A stretch of 64,000 nt of DNA from a virus. The notes below the pieces were generated by a model that did not search any database, had not been told where the DNA came from, and worked only from the letters and a program-made list of their open reading frames with translations. Shown here piece after piece: positions 53,883-63,451 of this stretch (within the stretch, counting starts at the first letter, position 1; every line of letters starts with the position of its first letter). The DNA lies in IMG/VR virus record IMGVR_UViG_3300010399_000034, positions 22,807 through 86,806 of that record; one strand, 5' to 3'. The position numbers were made by a program, and so were the translations under genes.

Positions 53883-54379
53883 TGCTCGTCGACCTCTCCG
53901 TTCGGCCAAACAATGCAGAGCGGGATCTTCGCCTTACGAACGCGTCGAATGCAGTGCCAGGTCCCGCTGCGTAGCTCTTCGACGTTCAACTTCGGCGTGG
54001 CGATCCACCAGCCATGACGCGCTGCGATGATCCTAACCATCGTTAGATTCCGTCGAAGCGGATCTTGATCTGGTGCAGCAACGAGCGTCGCTCCTCGAGC
54101 ACGCCATGCACCGACGATGTCGAACAGACGCATTTCAGCGTCGGTGTATGCGTGACGACCAAAGATCTCGTACGGCCAGTTCATCGGACGAAACGTCGGA
54201 TGCACCCAGATCGTGATCGCGGGCGTGTTGTTCACGATCTGATGAAAGTCATAGTCGGCGCCTCTGCATCCGCCGTGGATCGCGAAGCTGACTGCTCGAT
54301 TGCGCACGAGCTCGCGAACACGAACGCGTTGCGCATCCGTCATCCCGTTCCGCGTCCCGGTGAAGCCGACGAAGCTCAT
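53879..54379 (-). CDS. SLOG/DprA-like nucleotide-binding protein
   Basis: GFTGTR, HGGCRGAD, RRN, RSGTW. Confidence 0.7.
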   Translation of the reverse strand: MSFVGFTGTRNGMTDAQRVRVRELVRNRAVSFAIHGGCRGADYDFHQIVNNTPAITIWVHPTFRPMNWPYEIFGRHAYTDAEMRLFDIVGAWRARGATLVAAPDQDPLRRNLTMVRIIAARHGWWIATPKLNVEELRSGTWHCIRRVRKAKIPLCIVWPNGEVDEQ

Positions 54380-54636
54380 TGTCCGCCGTCAGGCGCAGGC
54401 CAGAAGAGACAGGGCTCGGTCTCGGCAAGCCCACCGAAGCGTTCGTTGTAAGCGCAGTCGCCGTACGTTCGAAAGCAATACGCGTTCGAGCCGGCGAGAT
54501 GACACCAGCAGTCCTGCACAAAGACGCGGCAGTACGCCGGACCGGCGTCGCGAAGCGGCACAGCCGCATCGTCCGGCGGTGCCATCGTCGTGCACGAGGC
54601 CAGAAGAACGAGAACGACGAGAACGACGGCCTTCAT
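54376..54636 (-). CDS. Cys-rich lipoprotein
   Basis: LLASC lipobox. Confidence 0.6.
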   Translation of the reverse strand: MKAVVLVVLVLLASCTTMAPPDDAAVPLRDAGPAYCRVFVQDCWCHLAGSNAYCFRTYGDCAYNERFGGLAETEPCLFWPAPDGGQ

Positions 54637-54893
54637 TCTTCGCTCTTCAGCGCGCGTACGAGAACGACAGCTCGGTGCAACTGTGCGTCTGTTGCGTTGT
54701 GATGCTGTCGCTCGCGCTCGAACTGTTCGAGCGCCTCCTCGAGCGCAGCCTCCCGCCCCGCAGCGCGCTCCTCGGTGGCGATGCGGCGGAGGAGTGCGGC
54801 GAGGCCCTCGGCGTAATCGCCAAGCTGCGCTCCGCGCGAGTACCGAAGTACGAACGCGGCAACCTCATCGTCGAAGCGATCGCGCGTGCTCAC
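54633..54893 (-). CDS. Hypothetical protein
   Basis: Coupled ORF. Confidence 0.5.
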   Translation of the reverse strand: MSTRDRFDDEVAAFVLRYSRGAQLGDYAEGLAALLRRIATEERAAGREAALEEALEQFERERQHHNATDAQLHRAVVLVRALKSEE

Positions 54894-55114
54894 TTTGCAC
54901 CCCAGCGTTCGTGGTAGACCCGCCGTCGTTCGATAAGCACGTCGAGCGCATTGTCATCGTCTGGTGCGTCTTCGCAGAAGCTCTCAGCAGCGAACACCGC
55001 CCGCGCGTCAAGAAGTTCGGCGGCAATGGCGCAGTAGATACGCCCTACCTCGTACTCATCGTCGACAATGTCACGAAGGTCTTGGTCCGAGATCTTTAGC
55101 TCGGGCGGTTTCAT
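54890..55114 (-). CDS. Hypothetical protein
   Basis: GGAGG RBS; IAAELLDAR. Confidence 0.5.
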   Translation of the reverse strand: MKPPELKISDQDLRDIVDDEYEVGRIYCAIAAELLDARAVFAAESFCEDAPDDDNALDVLIERRRVYHERWGAK

Positions 55115-55326
55115 TGAAGCCTCCGCAGAAGGCGACCCTCGTACCGAATCGACACGAGCACAGGCGGCGCAATCTGTTCCACGTGCTTCGCACAGCACAG
55201 CTTGCCGCATACGCGCACCACCGCTGGCGCGCCGCAGACGCAGCACGCACGGACCCCTTTGCGCTCCAACATGCGCACCAACCCTTCGTCGACCGTTCTA
55301 GCCGAGGCAAAGTAGCATTGCAAGCA

Positions 55327-55364
55327 GAAAAGAAGACGGGCTCAGCATTGAAGCCAAGCCCGTC
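55327..55364 (-). terminator. Rho-independent terminator
   Basis: GACGGGCT...AGCCCGTC stem followed by TTCTTTTC on the minus strand, after the 741-aa gene. Confidence 0.65.
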
Positions 55365-55386
55365 AGCGAAACGCGATGATCGAAGC

Positions 55387-57612
55387 CTATGACGACGGCG
55401 CCGGAGTCACGACCGCACGCGACTTGCGGCCCTTGTTCTTCGGCACTTCGACGACCTCGGTCTCGGGAAGCTCTTCTTCCTCTTCGTCAGTGTTCGCTTC
55501 GGTGATGCCTTCGAGCGTCAGCTCGAGGAGCTCGGCGATGTAGTTCGGGTCTTGCTGCGAGATCGGGAGCGGTCCGAGCACGGTGGTCATTGCGTTGCGA
55601 GCAGCTTCAGGGCTGTCGAAGACGTGCTCGAACGGCCCCGGCAGCATCCCGAACGCTTCGTTGTTCGTGAGGAGCGAGACGATCTTCGGAGCGAGCTCCT
55701 CGGGATCGAGCTTCGCGTGGATGTTGAAGATGATCGTGATCCACTCGTGCGTGTGGAACCCGAGCTCGGGCGGAAGCCGCTCGTAGACGAGCTGTACCAT
55801 TTGCGCGGCTTGCGGATCCTGCATCGTGAGCCGATCCATCAGCGTTTCACGCTGTGGTGGCGCGGAAGCCTGCCCGTTGCCCTCGACGCTCGTGGGCGCA
55901 TCGACGTGTTGCTGAGGCACTCCGTTCGTCAACTGTGGCGCACGCGGCTCGGGCGGGCGCGGGAGCATCATGCGGTTGATCATCGGAGAGAACATGCCGG
56001 CGAGCCCGTCCATGATCTGCTTCCAGACCGGATCGGGATCGGGCATCTGCGCTTGCAACATGTCGTAGATCATCTTGAGCTGCATGAGCTTCTGCTCGTG
56101 CTCGATCGAGAGCGCTTCGCTGTAGGCGGCTGGCCCGGTGTTGTCGATCCACTTGAGCACGATCGGCGCGAGGATCGGACCGAAGTCCTTCAGGATCGTG
56201 AGTAGACCGTCGTCCTTCTTCTTCGTCAACTCGGCGAAGAAGCGGAGCTGTGCATCCTGCGAGTGCCGACGCTCTTCGAGATCGTAGCGGCGCTCTTCGG
56301 AGCCTTTGCCGAGATAGGCGGCGATGATCGGCGCGGCGGCAGCGACCAGCCCGACGGCATCGAGGCTCTTCTCCTTCTCTTTGGGCCGCGAGATCTCCAT
56401 GCGCAGCGCTTCGATCTGTGACTGAAGGAGCGCGGTGCGCGACTCCTCGCGGGAGCGTTCGACCTCACGCTCGGCGCGGATGCGTGCGTCCTTCTCGGCT
56501 TCGATCTTCGCGGCCGCCTCCTGTTGTACCTTCTCGATCTGCGCCTGCGTCAACATCATCTGCTGTTGAAGCTGCGCCGAGAGCTGTGCGACCTGCGCCT
56601 TGAGCGAACCCTGTTCGCGGATCTCGTGATGCACCCATTGCTGCGCGGTCGGCTCGCCCTGCTGCTCGCTCCGCTGTCGAATGACGTGATCCCACTGCAC
56701 GAAGGCAGGCATCGTACGGAGCCACGACGGCACCATCTCGGGCGGCGGCGGAAGAACGTTGCCGTGAAGATCGCGCTGCGGTTGCGGAAGCGCCGGTTGA
56801 CTCGGCATCGGAGGTACTCCCATTCCTTGCGTCAGCCCTGACGAGAGAGAATAGCCGCCGCCACCGGCGGGCCCGCCGAGCATCGGCGAGAGAGGGTTGT
56901 CGACGACGCCGAGCGTCATGGACTTGCGCTGCACGAGGAGCTCGCGCGTGTTCTCCTCCCAGACGATCGTCAGATCTTCCGGCGTCGCACGCGGCATCCC
57001 GTCGTACGTCTCTTCCCAGCGCGGCGCGATGACCTCGCGCGTGTTCGGATCGGTGATGGTGTAGACGAAGCCGCCGCCGCCGCAGAGCTGGCGGACCGCG
57101 GAGCCGAGGTTGAAGAGTGCCTCGGGCGGAACGAGGATCCCCTTCCGGATGTCGGCCCACTTGCCGCTCGGGAGCTTGCGCTTGATCTCGAGCGCGATGA
57201 CGGTGTGACCGTTCGTACGAAGCGTCAGGATCGCTTCGCGCGGGACATCGTCTTGCGTAACGAGACGCTCTCTCTTCTGCTTCAACATCGGTGCCTCTTC
57301 CTTACGCTTCACTTTGGCGCGGCGACGCATGACGCCGGGCTTGATTCGCTCTTCGACGTACTCGCGAGCTGGCGGCGGAGGCGGCTCGTCGTCTTCGTCG
57401 TCTTCGAGATCGACGTCTTCGTCGTCCGGCGGATCCTCGTCGATGAGATCGTCGTCCTCATCGAAGTCGATCGTCAGCGCCGTCTTCGTCTTGCTTGGCG
57501 TCGGCGTCGTCTGCGACGGCGGAGTCCACCGCGCTCTCTTCTGATCCACCGGCGGAAGATCGTCGTCCTCCGAGTCCGGCGGCGCGTCGTTCGGCAACAA
57601 CTTCGTGCTCAC
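55387..57612 (-). CDS. Large unknown protein: acidic N-terminus, Pro/Gln-rich linker, coiled coil
   Basis: 741-aa ORF; start uncertain because it overlaps the upstream gene tail. Confidence 0.75.
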   Translation of the reverse strand: MSTKLLPNDAPPDSEDDDLPPVDQKRARWTPPSQTTPTPSKTKTALTIDFDEDDDLIDEDPPDDEDVDLEDDEDDEPPPPPAREYVEERIKPGVMRRRAKVKRKEEAPMLKQKRERLVTQDDVPREAILTLRTNGHTVIALEIKRKLPSGKWADIRKGILVPPEALFNLGSAVRQLCGGGGFVYTITDPNTREVIAPRWEETYDGMPRATPEDLTIVWEENTRELLVQRKSMTLGVVDNPLSPMLGGPAGGGGYSLSSGLTQGMGVPPMPSQPALPQPQRDLHGNVLPPPPEMVPSWLRTMPAFVQWDHVIRQRSEQQGEPTAQQWVHHEIREQGSLKAQVAQLSAQLQQQMMLTQAQIEKVQQEAAAKIEAEKDARIRAEREVERSREESRTALLQSQIEALRMEISRPKEKEKSLDAVGLVAAAAPIIAAYLGKGSEERRYDLEERRHSQDAQLRFFAELTKKKDDGLLTILKDFGPILAPIVLKWIDNTGPAAYSEALSIEHEQKLMQLKMIYDMLQAQMPDPDPVWKQIMDGLAGMFSPMINRMMLPRPPEPRAPQLTNGVPQQHVDAPTSVEGNGQASAPPQRETLMDRLTMQDPQAAQMVQLVYERLPPELGFHTHEWITIIFNIHAKLDPEELAPKIVSLLTNNEAFGMLPGPFEHVFDSPEAARNAMTTVLGPLPISQQDPNYIAELLELTLEGITEANTDEEEEELPETEVVEVPKNKGRKSRAVVTPAPSS

Positions 57613-57907
57613 GTTCCCATGCTCCTAGAAGGAAGTCCGGCGCGAACGCGCGGACGACAGCGATCAGCCCCATCACGGCGAGCCCGCACCAACCAGGCGC
57701 GTGACACCATGCAGGATGAAGAAGGAACCACGCGATGCCGCCGACCCAGAAGCCGGTGCACGACGCGCAGTAGACGAAGACCTCGAGCATCGCATGCAAC
57801 GATGCGAGCCAGATGCGAATCGGCGCGAAGACGAACGAGTCGACGAGCACGTAGATCGCACCGAAGACGATCAGGAAGAAGACGACGATGTCGATGGCCG
57901 AGCTCAA
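57458..57907 (-). CDS. DUF1360-like membrane protein
   Basis: DSFVFAPIR...YCASCTGFWVG. Confidence 0.65.
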   Translation of the reverse strand: MSSAIDIVVFFLIVFGAIYVLVDSFVFAPIRIWLASLHAMLEVFVYCASCTGFWVGGIAWFLLHPAWCHAPGWCGLAVMGLIAVVRAFAPDFLLGAWEREHEVVAERRAAGLGGRRSSAGGSEESAVDSAVADDADAKQDEDGADDRLR

Positions 57908-58242
57908 TCGTCCGTCTCCTTGAAAGCGTCGTCCGGGATGATGAGCGGCATGACCGCTTCTTCCGAGAGGAAGTCGACGGTGACGGCGGTTCCGTGTCGA
58001 GCGGAGAGCAGGCCCTCGATGACCGGCACGACCGCCTCGAAGTCGACAGGTCCCTGTTGCATTGCTTGGCTGATTGTCGACTGCACGATGGCCTGATCGG
58101 CGATGGCGAACTCGAGCGGCTCTCCATCGGCCTCGAGCATGAAGTAGATGAGCGTGCAGTCGTGCTCCGCCTTGTTCTTCGGATTGCAATCGACCGCTTC
58201 GATCTCCGCTTCGATCGTCGGAAGATCTTCGTCCTTGATCAT
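57904..58242 (-). CDS. Hypothetical acidic protein
   Basis: GAGG RBS; starts MIKDED. Confidence 0.55.
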   Translation of the reverse strand: MIKDEDLPTIEAEIEAVDCNPKNKAEHDCTLIYFMLEADGEPLEFAIADQAIVQSTISQAMQQGPVDFEAVVPVIEGLLSARHGTAVTVDFLSEEAVMPLIIPDDAFKETDD

Positions 58243-58246
58243 CGGA

Positions 58247-58441
58247 TCAATCCTCGTCGTCTTCGACAACACGAACCTTCGCAGGCTTCGCACACTGTGA
58301 GAGCAGCGTGTTGAGTTGATCGATCGTTAGCTCGTCTCGCGACTCGAGAATGAACTGATGGATGTCATCGGGATCGCCGCCCTCGACCCAGAGCTCGAGG
58401 AGCTGTTCGTCGTACTTGCCGCCACCGTTTGCTTTCACCAT
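58247..58441 (-). CDS. Hypothetical protein
   Basis: Starts MVKANG. Confidence 0.45.
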   Translation of the reverse strand: MVKANGGGKYDEQLLELWVEGGDPDDIHQFILESRDELTIDQLNTLLSQCAKPAKVRVVEDDED

Positions 58442-58448
58442 CACGCCC

Positions 58449-58832
58449 TCACTTCGGGTTGTAGTGGCTGCATGCCAGACTGTTCGGCCCAACAGCGAGC
58501 GACTCGTCCTCGGCGCAGCGACCCATATTCTCCGGACGATCGCCGATGTACTTCGGGTTCCACTGATACTCGTGGATCAGCTTCGCCATGAAGCGTCCTG
58601 CGATCTGTCGGAAGTGGTTGTTGCGGAAGTGCTTACAACTACCGCACGTCCGCACCTGCGCTCGTGTGAACTGCTCGACCTGCTTGAGCGTCGGCTTCTG
58701 GATCATGCGCTGTTGACCCACGCCTTCACCGGCGCCGTTCTGCCACTGGAGAGGAAGCCCCGCAGCCTGCCCGGCGTTGTCACGCGCGACCGCATCTTCC
58801 TCGTCGACCACATCCCGGTCTTTGTCAGCCAT
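58449..58832 (-). CDS. Cys-motif protein (CGxCKHF family)
   Basis: TCGSCKHF...GRC...AC. Confidence 0.6.
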   Translation of the reverse strand: MADKDRDVVDEEDAVARDNAGQAAGLPLQWQNGAGEGVGQQRMIQKPTLKQVEQFTRAQVRTCGSCKHFRNNHFRQIAGRFMAKLIHEYQWNPKYIGDRPENMGRCAEDESLAVGPNSLACSHYNPK

Positions 58833-58983
58833 CGTCTTCTACCTGCCGCTTGAAGATCAGACGGAAGTCTTCGTTGTCATCAGGCACGACGGCAACGAGT
58901 TCCCACCCGTCCTCGCCGTACTTGTTCAGGAGACCGCCCCACCAGTTCGCCTGCTTCGCGAAGTCCTCGGCGTACTCCCACAT
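58825..58983 (-). CDS. DUF4177-like small protein
   Basis: WEY...LNKYGEDGWELVAV...FKR. Confidence 0.75.
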   Translation of the reverse strand: MWEYAEDFAKQANWWGGLLNKYGEDGWELVAVVPDDNEDFRLIFKRQVEDDG

Positions 58984-59426
58984 CACGTCCAATCCTCGCA
59001 GGGCTTGTCCGTCGGCCGGGGCATCGGAGGCTGCTCCTCGAACGCCCAGATCCCCGACGCGCCTCCGCCGATGTGCTTCAGGCACCCGCCGTAGTCCTCC
59101 CATTTGCGGGCAAGAGACGGCCGGAGCTCCCGTGCCGCGGACGATCCGTGCGCCGTCGCCGGGTTGTCGTGTCCGGCGATCCCCATCTGCGTCGGCTCGA
59201 GGTGCATCGTCGCCTTGGCAAAGGACGGGTTGATCCGCATCGCCTCGTTCCAGAGGCCTTTGCTGAAGTGCTTGCAGAGCCCGCAGCGCTTCGGGACGAG
59301 GCCCTGCTCTGCGGCAAGACGCTCCAAGCGTGGGTCTTCTATGACCTTTTGGCCTACGACAGGGAGTCTGACCACGGACTCCGCCGTACGGCGCACTCCG
59401 GAGCGGAGGCGATCGAGGATGCTCAC
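58983..59426 (-). CDS. Cys-motif protein (CGxCKHF family)
   Basis: RCGLCKHF...GGC...PCEDW; start approximate. Confidence 0.55.
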   Translation of the reverse strand: MSILDRLRSGVRRTAESVVRLPVVGQKVIEDPRLERLAAEQGLVPKRCGLCKHFSKGLWNEAMRINPSFAKATMHLEPTQMGIAGHDNPATAHGSSAARELRPSLARKWEDYGGCLKHIGGGASGIWAFEEQPPMPRPTDKPCEDWT

Positions 59427-59699
59427 AGCGTATCTCCTTGAGACATTCGGACAACCGAGATGAGGCGCCGCCATGTGCGCCGAGACTTCCTTTCGCTGTA
59501 CTACAACCTTTGCACACAGATGGGAATGTACGTTTTGCACCTACATGTCCGACACGGCGGGCGCGTGGGTACGCTCGGTCCTCGATGGCTACGTGCGAAC
59601 ACGTCGATCCGTGGACGCGAGAAGCGCGCAGCGTGCCGCTTAGGAAGAAGTCGAGCGCGCATAGGGCGGAAGTCGCTACGCGCGACTGCTTCTTACGCG

Positions 59700-60354
59700 C
59701 GCGTGACTAATAGCCACGTACGCTAAGCGTTCGCTAATGCGCAGCTAAGGTTCGGCTAAGGCGTATGGCTATTAGCCTCACGTAGTCTTACGCGTAATAA
59801 GAGGCGAGACTGTTAGCCACACTTACGCTAACGCGTCGCAATAGGACGCGTTGGCGGCGCTTGGCGAGGGTCACTGCGTCCAATGAAGGCCTCGTGCTCG
59901 CAGTATACGCCTTCAGGAGGCACGTTTGGCCGCCAGGCGGATGAAGACAGCGGGGCGAGGTGCGGAGGCTCAAATACGCCGTTGTACGAGGTAATGCACG
60001 AGAAAATAACGAGCGCTAAAAGCTGAGTGGTTTCATATATATACATATGTAAGAAATCTTTTTTTCTTATATATCTTATTCTCTTGCCACCCCCCTCGCC
60101 GGACCCGAGTGAGACTGTTAGCCACAGTGGTCTTCTTATTTAGCGAGGTGGTCTTCTTATTTTAGCGAGCTCGCTAACCCCTCCCCGGGGGATCCCCCAC
60201 CCTCGACCACGAAATAATGAAACAATACCTAACTAGTTGATATCGTTGGCGAAATCGATTTCTCGTCGCGTCGAAAAAATGCTAAACAACACGAGACAAA
60301 TGCCTCGCGCTAATAAGGAAGAACAGCAGAAGAACAGCGGAGCGCTAAATAACG
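59700..60354. other. Putative replication origin
   Basis: Long non-coding gap; AT-rich core at about 60030-60085; 16-bp direct repeat gagactgttagccaca (59806, 60111); tandem gtggtcttcttattt(t)agcgag (60127-60169); many gctaa/ttagc. Confidence 0.6.
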
Positions 60355-61704
60355 CTAGTTAGGCTTGTTCTTCTTCGCTTCGAGGATGAACCACGCTTCC
60401 ATGCTGAACACGGTCTTGCGTGGACGTCCGGGCCGACCTGTAGAGGCCGTCTCTTCTACCGCAGCGCCAAGATCGACGAGTGTTGCTACGAGCTCGTCGA
60501 TCTCACCGCGGCCCAGGTTCCCCGAGAAAACCCGATGGATCTGGCTGCGCGTGCAGCCGAGGAGGCCCGCGGCTTTCACCGCTTCGATTGCGCGTGCGAC
60601 CTTCTCACTTTGCTGCATGTGTGGGAGCCCGAGCTGAACCCCGAGCGCTGTACCGCGGTAGAAGCAGCGTGTGACGAGGTTCGCCGCACGGATCACGTCG
60701 TTGACCGTCACGTAGACGTATGGCGGCGCTTGCGCATCATTTGGGTCGTCCACGAGGAACGAGCCGCGACTCGCGGCGTAGATCGCTGCGATATGCTGCG
60801 CGTGCTCGGGGGCGCGGAGTGCGAGTCCCGCTTCAACGTCTTCCTTCGCGATACGGCCACGCAGGAGCTCGAAGAAGACGTTGTCGAGCCAGTACGTCGC
60901 CTCTGGCGCGAACTCGACGATCGGACGCATGCCACGAAGGCGTGCCGCTTCGAGCAGCCCGAACCAGTTGTCCCAAGTCCATAGGACGCGCGCGAGGCCG
61001 AGGTCATCCTTCAGCCTGCGAGGCTGAAGATCGCCCGGGCTGATCTGTTCGTGAAGCCAAAGGAAGCGGACGAACAAGCCGCCCTCGAGAATCTCTGGCT
61101 TGATCACGCGCTCGAACGCCCGCGGCGTCGTCGTCACGACGGCAGAGAAGGCGGGGTTCTTGATCTGCGCCTGCGAGTTGCTCTGCCCGATCTCAGCAGC
61201 CTTCTGGAGATAGCGAAGGTTCCGCGTGTAGTCGCGCCCGTCGTAGATCTCGTTCAGCGGCTCGACGACGTCATCGAGACGGACGACCTTCGAGAACTCG
61301 TTGTGGTAGAGGATCCCCGCGGTACGCCCGCGCTCGTCCGTCAACGTCGAGATCGCATGAATGACGCCGGGGAGTGATCCTTCGAGGCTCACCCACGGCT
61401 TAGGCTGCGCGCCGTCGCGGAAGCGGTCCTTGTAGAACGCCTCGGAGAACTTGCGGACCGCCCCGAGCGTACTCGTCTTGCCGACCGAGCTCGGTGCGAC
61501 AACGCCGAACCAGACGCGCGGTGAGCCGAACGTGTCACCGAGCGTCACTCCGCGCCGACAGAGCTCGTAGCCTGCGAGCGGGAGGATCGCTGCGAGGTGC
61601 ATCGTCGGGGGCGCATGCGAGAGCGGCGCCGCCCATTCGACGTATTCTCGGATTGGCCCGCTCTCCGGCAGGCAGTTTCGAAGCTCGTCAGTAAGCTTCG
61701 CCAC
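60355..61704 (-). CDS. DUF3987/YfjI-like replication ATPase (helicase-like) with C-terminal wHTH
   Basis: APSSVGKTS Walker A; EGS..G; NEF; YDG; GLFVRF; GRPGRP wing. Confidence 0.75.
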   Translation of the reverse strand: MAKLTDELRNCLPESGPIREYVEWAAPLSHAPPTMHLAAILPLAGYELCRRGVTLGDTFGSPRVWFGVVAPSSVGKTSTLGAVRKFSEAFYKDRFRDGAQPKPWVSLEGSLPGVIHAISTLTDERGRTAGILYHNEFSKVVRLDDVVEPLNEIYDGRDYTRNLRYLQKAAEIGQSNSQAQIKNPAFSAVVTTTPRAFERVIKPEILEGGLFVRFLWLHEQISPGDLQPRRLKDDLGLARVLWTWDNWFGLLEAARLRGMRPIVEFAPEATYWLDNVFFELLRGRIAKEDVEAGLALRAPEHAQHIAAIYAASRGSFLVDDPNDAQAPPYVYVTVNDVIRAANLVTRCFYRGTALGVQLGLPHMQQSEKVARAIEAVKAAGLLGCTRSQIHRVFSGNLGRGEIDELVATLVDLGAAVEETASTGRPGRPRKTVFSMEAWFILEAKKNKPN

Positions 61705-62024
61705 GGATCCACCCTTGACGATCCATCAGCCGACCTACCTTCCCAACCGAAGACCGTTCTACGACTACACGGCAGCTTTCGCAAGGAAGACCGTCAGGCG
61801 AATCAGCCGTTGCTGATCGTGTGCGCGTGTGGTACGTCTCTCACTGATCCGCACCCTTCTTTCAGCCAGGGCCGCCTTCCAACCAACCAAAGGCCCGATT
61901 CTGAACGCCGCGTCGGCCACCCTTCGACGCGGCGTTCCTTTTGGTTGTCTCCGAGCTCGACTGGGAGTACTGTGCGCCTAGGTGGTGTGTCCTCGGCCTG
62001 CCCTAAGCCAAGGCGGAGGCCGCG

Positions 62025-62663
62025 GTGTCCGATCTGGGTCGACTTCGTTCGATGGCTCGCGGGAGCCAGGGACGATCGCAGACGTGGGAGACTGGCGACA
62101 GCCTGGTCAACCACATCGAGCTGATCCGTCGGCAGGTCGAGATCTCGATGGCCGATCCGGAGACGCGTTCGCTCGCAGTAGCGATCGTCTCGGGTGCGTT
62201 CGATCGCGTGCAGGTCGGGCCAGGTTCGTTCGTCCCGGGCGTTCCGTACCACGGTCGTTATTACCGCGGCGCAGCGGACTGGGCGTCGGCGCAGACGCTC
62301 TGTGAGCAGCGCGACGACATGTGCGAGCTGACGCAGCTCTGGAACTTCGGCGTGCTCAACGTGCGTTACCTTCAGGACGCTGCGGGCGAGGACACCTACC
62401 AGACGCTTCGCGCGACGCTCGAGGCGGGCGGCGGGGACTGCGACGACTTCTGCATCCTCTTCGGGTCGCTCGCAGGCGCGATCGGCTATCGATCGATCGC
62501 GCGCGTCATCTCGGTACACGGGGACACGTGGGATCACATCTATCCCGTGATCAAGACGCGTCGCGGCGGCTGGGTCGCGCTTGATGCGACCGAGAAGGGC
62601 AAGCGAGCAGGCTGGGAGTTCTCCTCGCCCGCAGCGCGGCAAGACTTCTGGTTGGTGAAGTGA
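62025..62663 (+). CDS. Transglutaminase-like (Cys-His-Asp) protein
   Basis: GDCDD, HIYP, WVALDAT. Confidence 0.85.
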   Translation: MSDLGRLRSMARGSQGRSQTWETGDSLVNHIELIRRQVEISMADPETRSLAVAIVSGAFDRVQVGPGSFVPGVPYHGRYYRGAADWASAQTLCEQRDDMCELTQLWNFGVLNVRYLQDAAGEDTYQTLRATLEAGGGDCDDFCILFGSLAGAIGYRSIARVISVHGDTWDHIYPVIKTRRGGWVALDATEKGKRAGWEFSSPAARQDFWLVK

Positions 62664-62806
62664 TGGACCAAGACGAGGCCACGCTTCACAACGCGACGCT
62701 CTTCATCAACGTGATGAAGGTGGGCTCGATCGTTTCGCTCGTCGGGGTCGGTGCGTGGTTGATGTGGGCTTGGGATCCGGGCCCGATGCGAAAGAAGAGG
62801 CGCTGA
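62663..62806 (+). CDS. Small membrane protein
   Basis: TM segment followed by PMRKKRR; TGATG coupling. Confidence 0.6.
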   Translation: MDQDEATLHNATLFINVMKVGSIVSLVGVGAWLMWAWDPGPMRKKRR

Positions 62807-63450
62807 TGTTCGGACACAGCATGTTCATGCGACGGCGCACCTTCGCGCCTGGTCCGTACGGGACGCCGATTCAGGTGCCCGTGCAGTTCCGTACGTTGCC
62901 GTGGATTCTCGGAGCGCGTACGCACGCGTTCCCGAAGCAGGACCGCGTCTCGTTCGACAACGCTCTCGCGAACCCTGCACCGAACAGCGGGAACGGGATC
63001 TCGCACGGCACGTACTTCCTTTCGTCGTGCTGGCACCCGTACTCCGATCCCATGACGGGCATGCGCGCTCTCTCGGAGGGACAGAAGCAGTTCCGCGACA
63101 TCCAGGAGCGCGCTGCGTACAAGCACGCCGCCGGGATGCCGCTCAACGAGACCGAGGCGCGGACGATCCTTCCGATCAACACGCCGCTCACGCCGAACTG
63201 GCCTGCGATCCATCGCGCTGAAGCGCATGGTGCAGGACAGCAGACTTTCGACGCTCGGCAGATCGCGTACTACCCGAAGGGCAACGGCATGCCTGCTGCG
63301 GTCTACCGCGTCGCGCAGGCGCTTCAAGATCCATTCGCACAAGCGGATCCCCGGCAGATCGTCTCGCGCTCGCGCAATGCCGCGGACGTGATGGGCCGGC
63401 AGGTTCAGCAGGTCATGCGCGTTCGGCCCACGAAGATGAGCCACAGGTGA
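62806..63450 (+). CDS. Hypothetical protein (putative structural)
   Basis: TGATG-coupled ORF starting MFGHSMF. Confidence 0.65.
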   Translation: MFGHSMFMRRRTFAPGPYGTPIQVPVQFRTLPWILGARTHAFPKQDRVSFDNALANPAPNSGNGISHGTYFLSSCWHPYSDPMTGMRALSEGQKQFRDIQERAAYKHAAGMPLNETEARTILPINTPLTPNWPAIHRAEAHGAGQQTFDARQIAYYPKGNGMPAAVYRVAQALQDPFAQADPRQIVSRSRNAADVMGRQVQQVMRVRPTKMSHR

Positions 63451-63451
63451 A

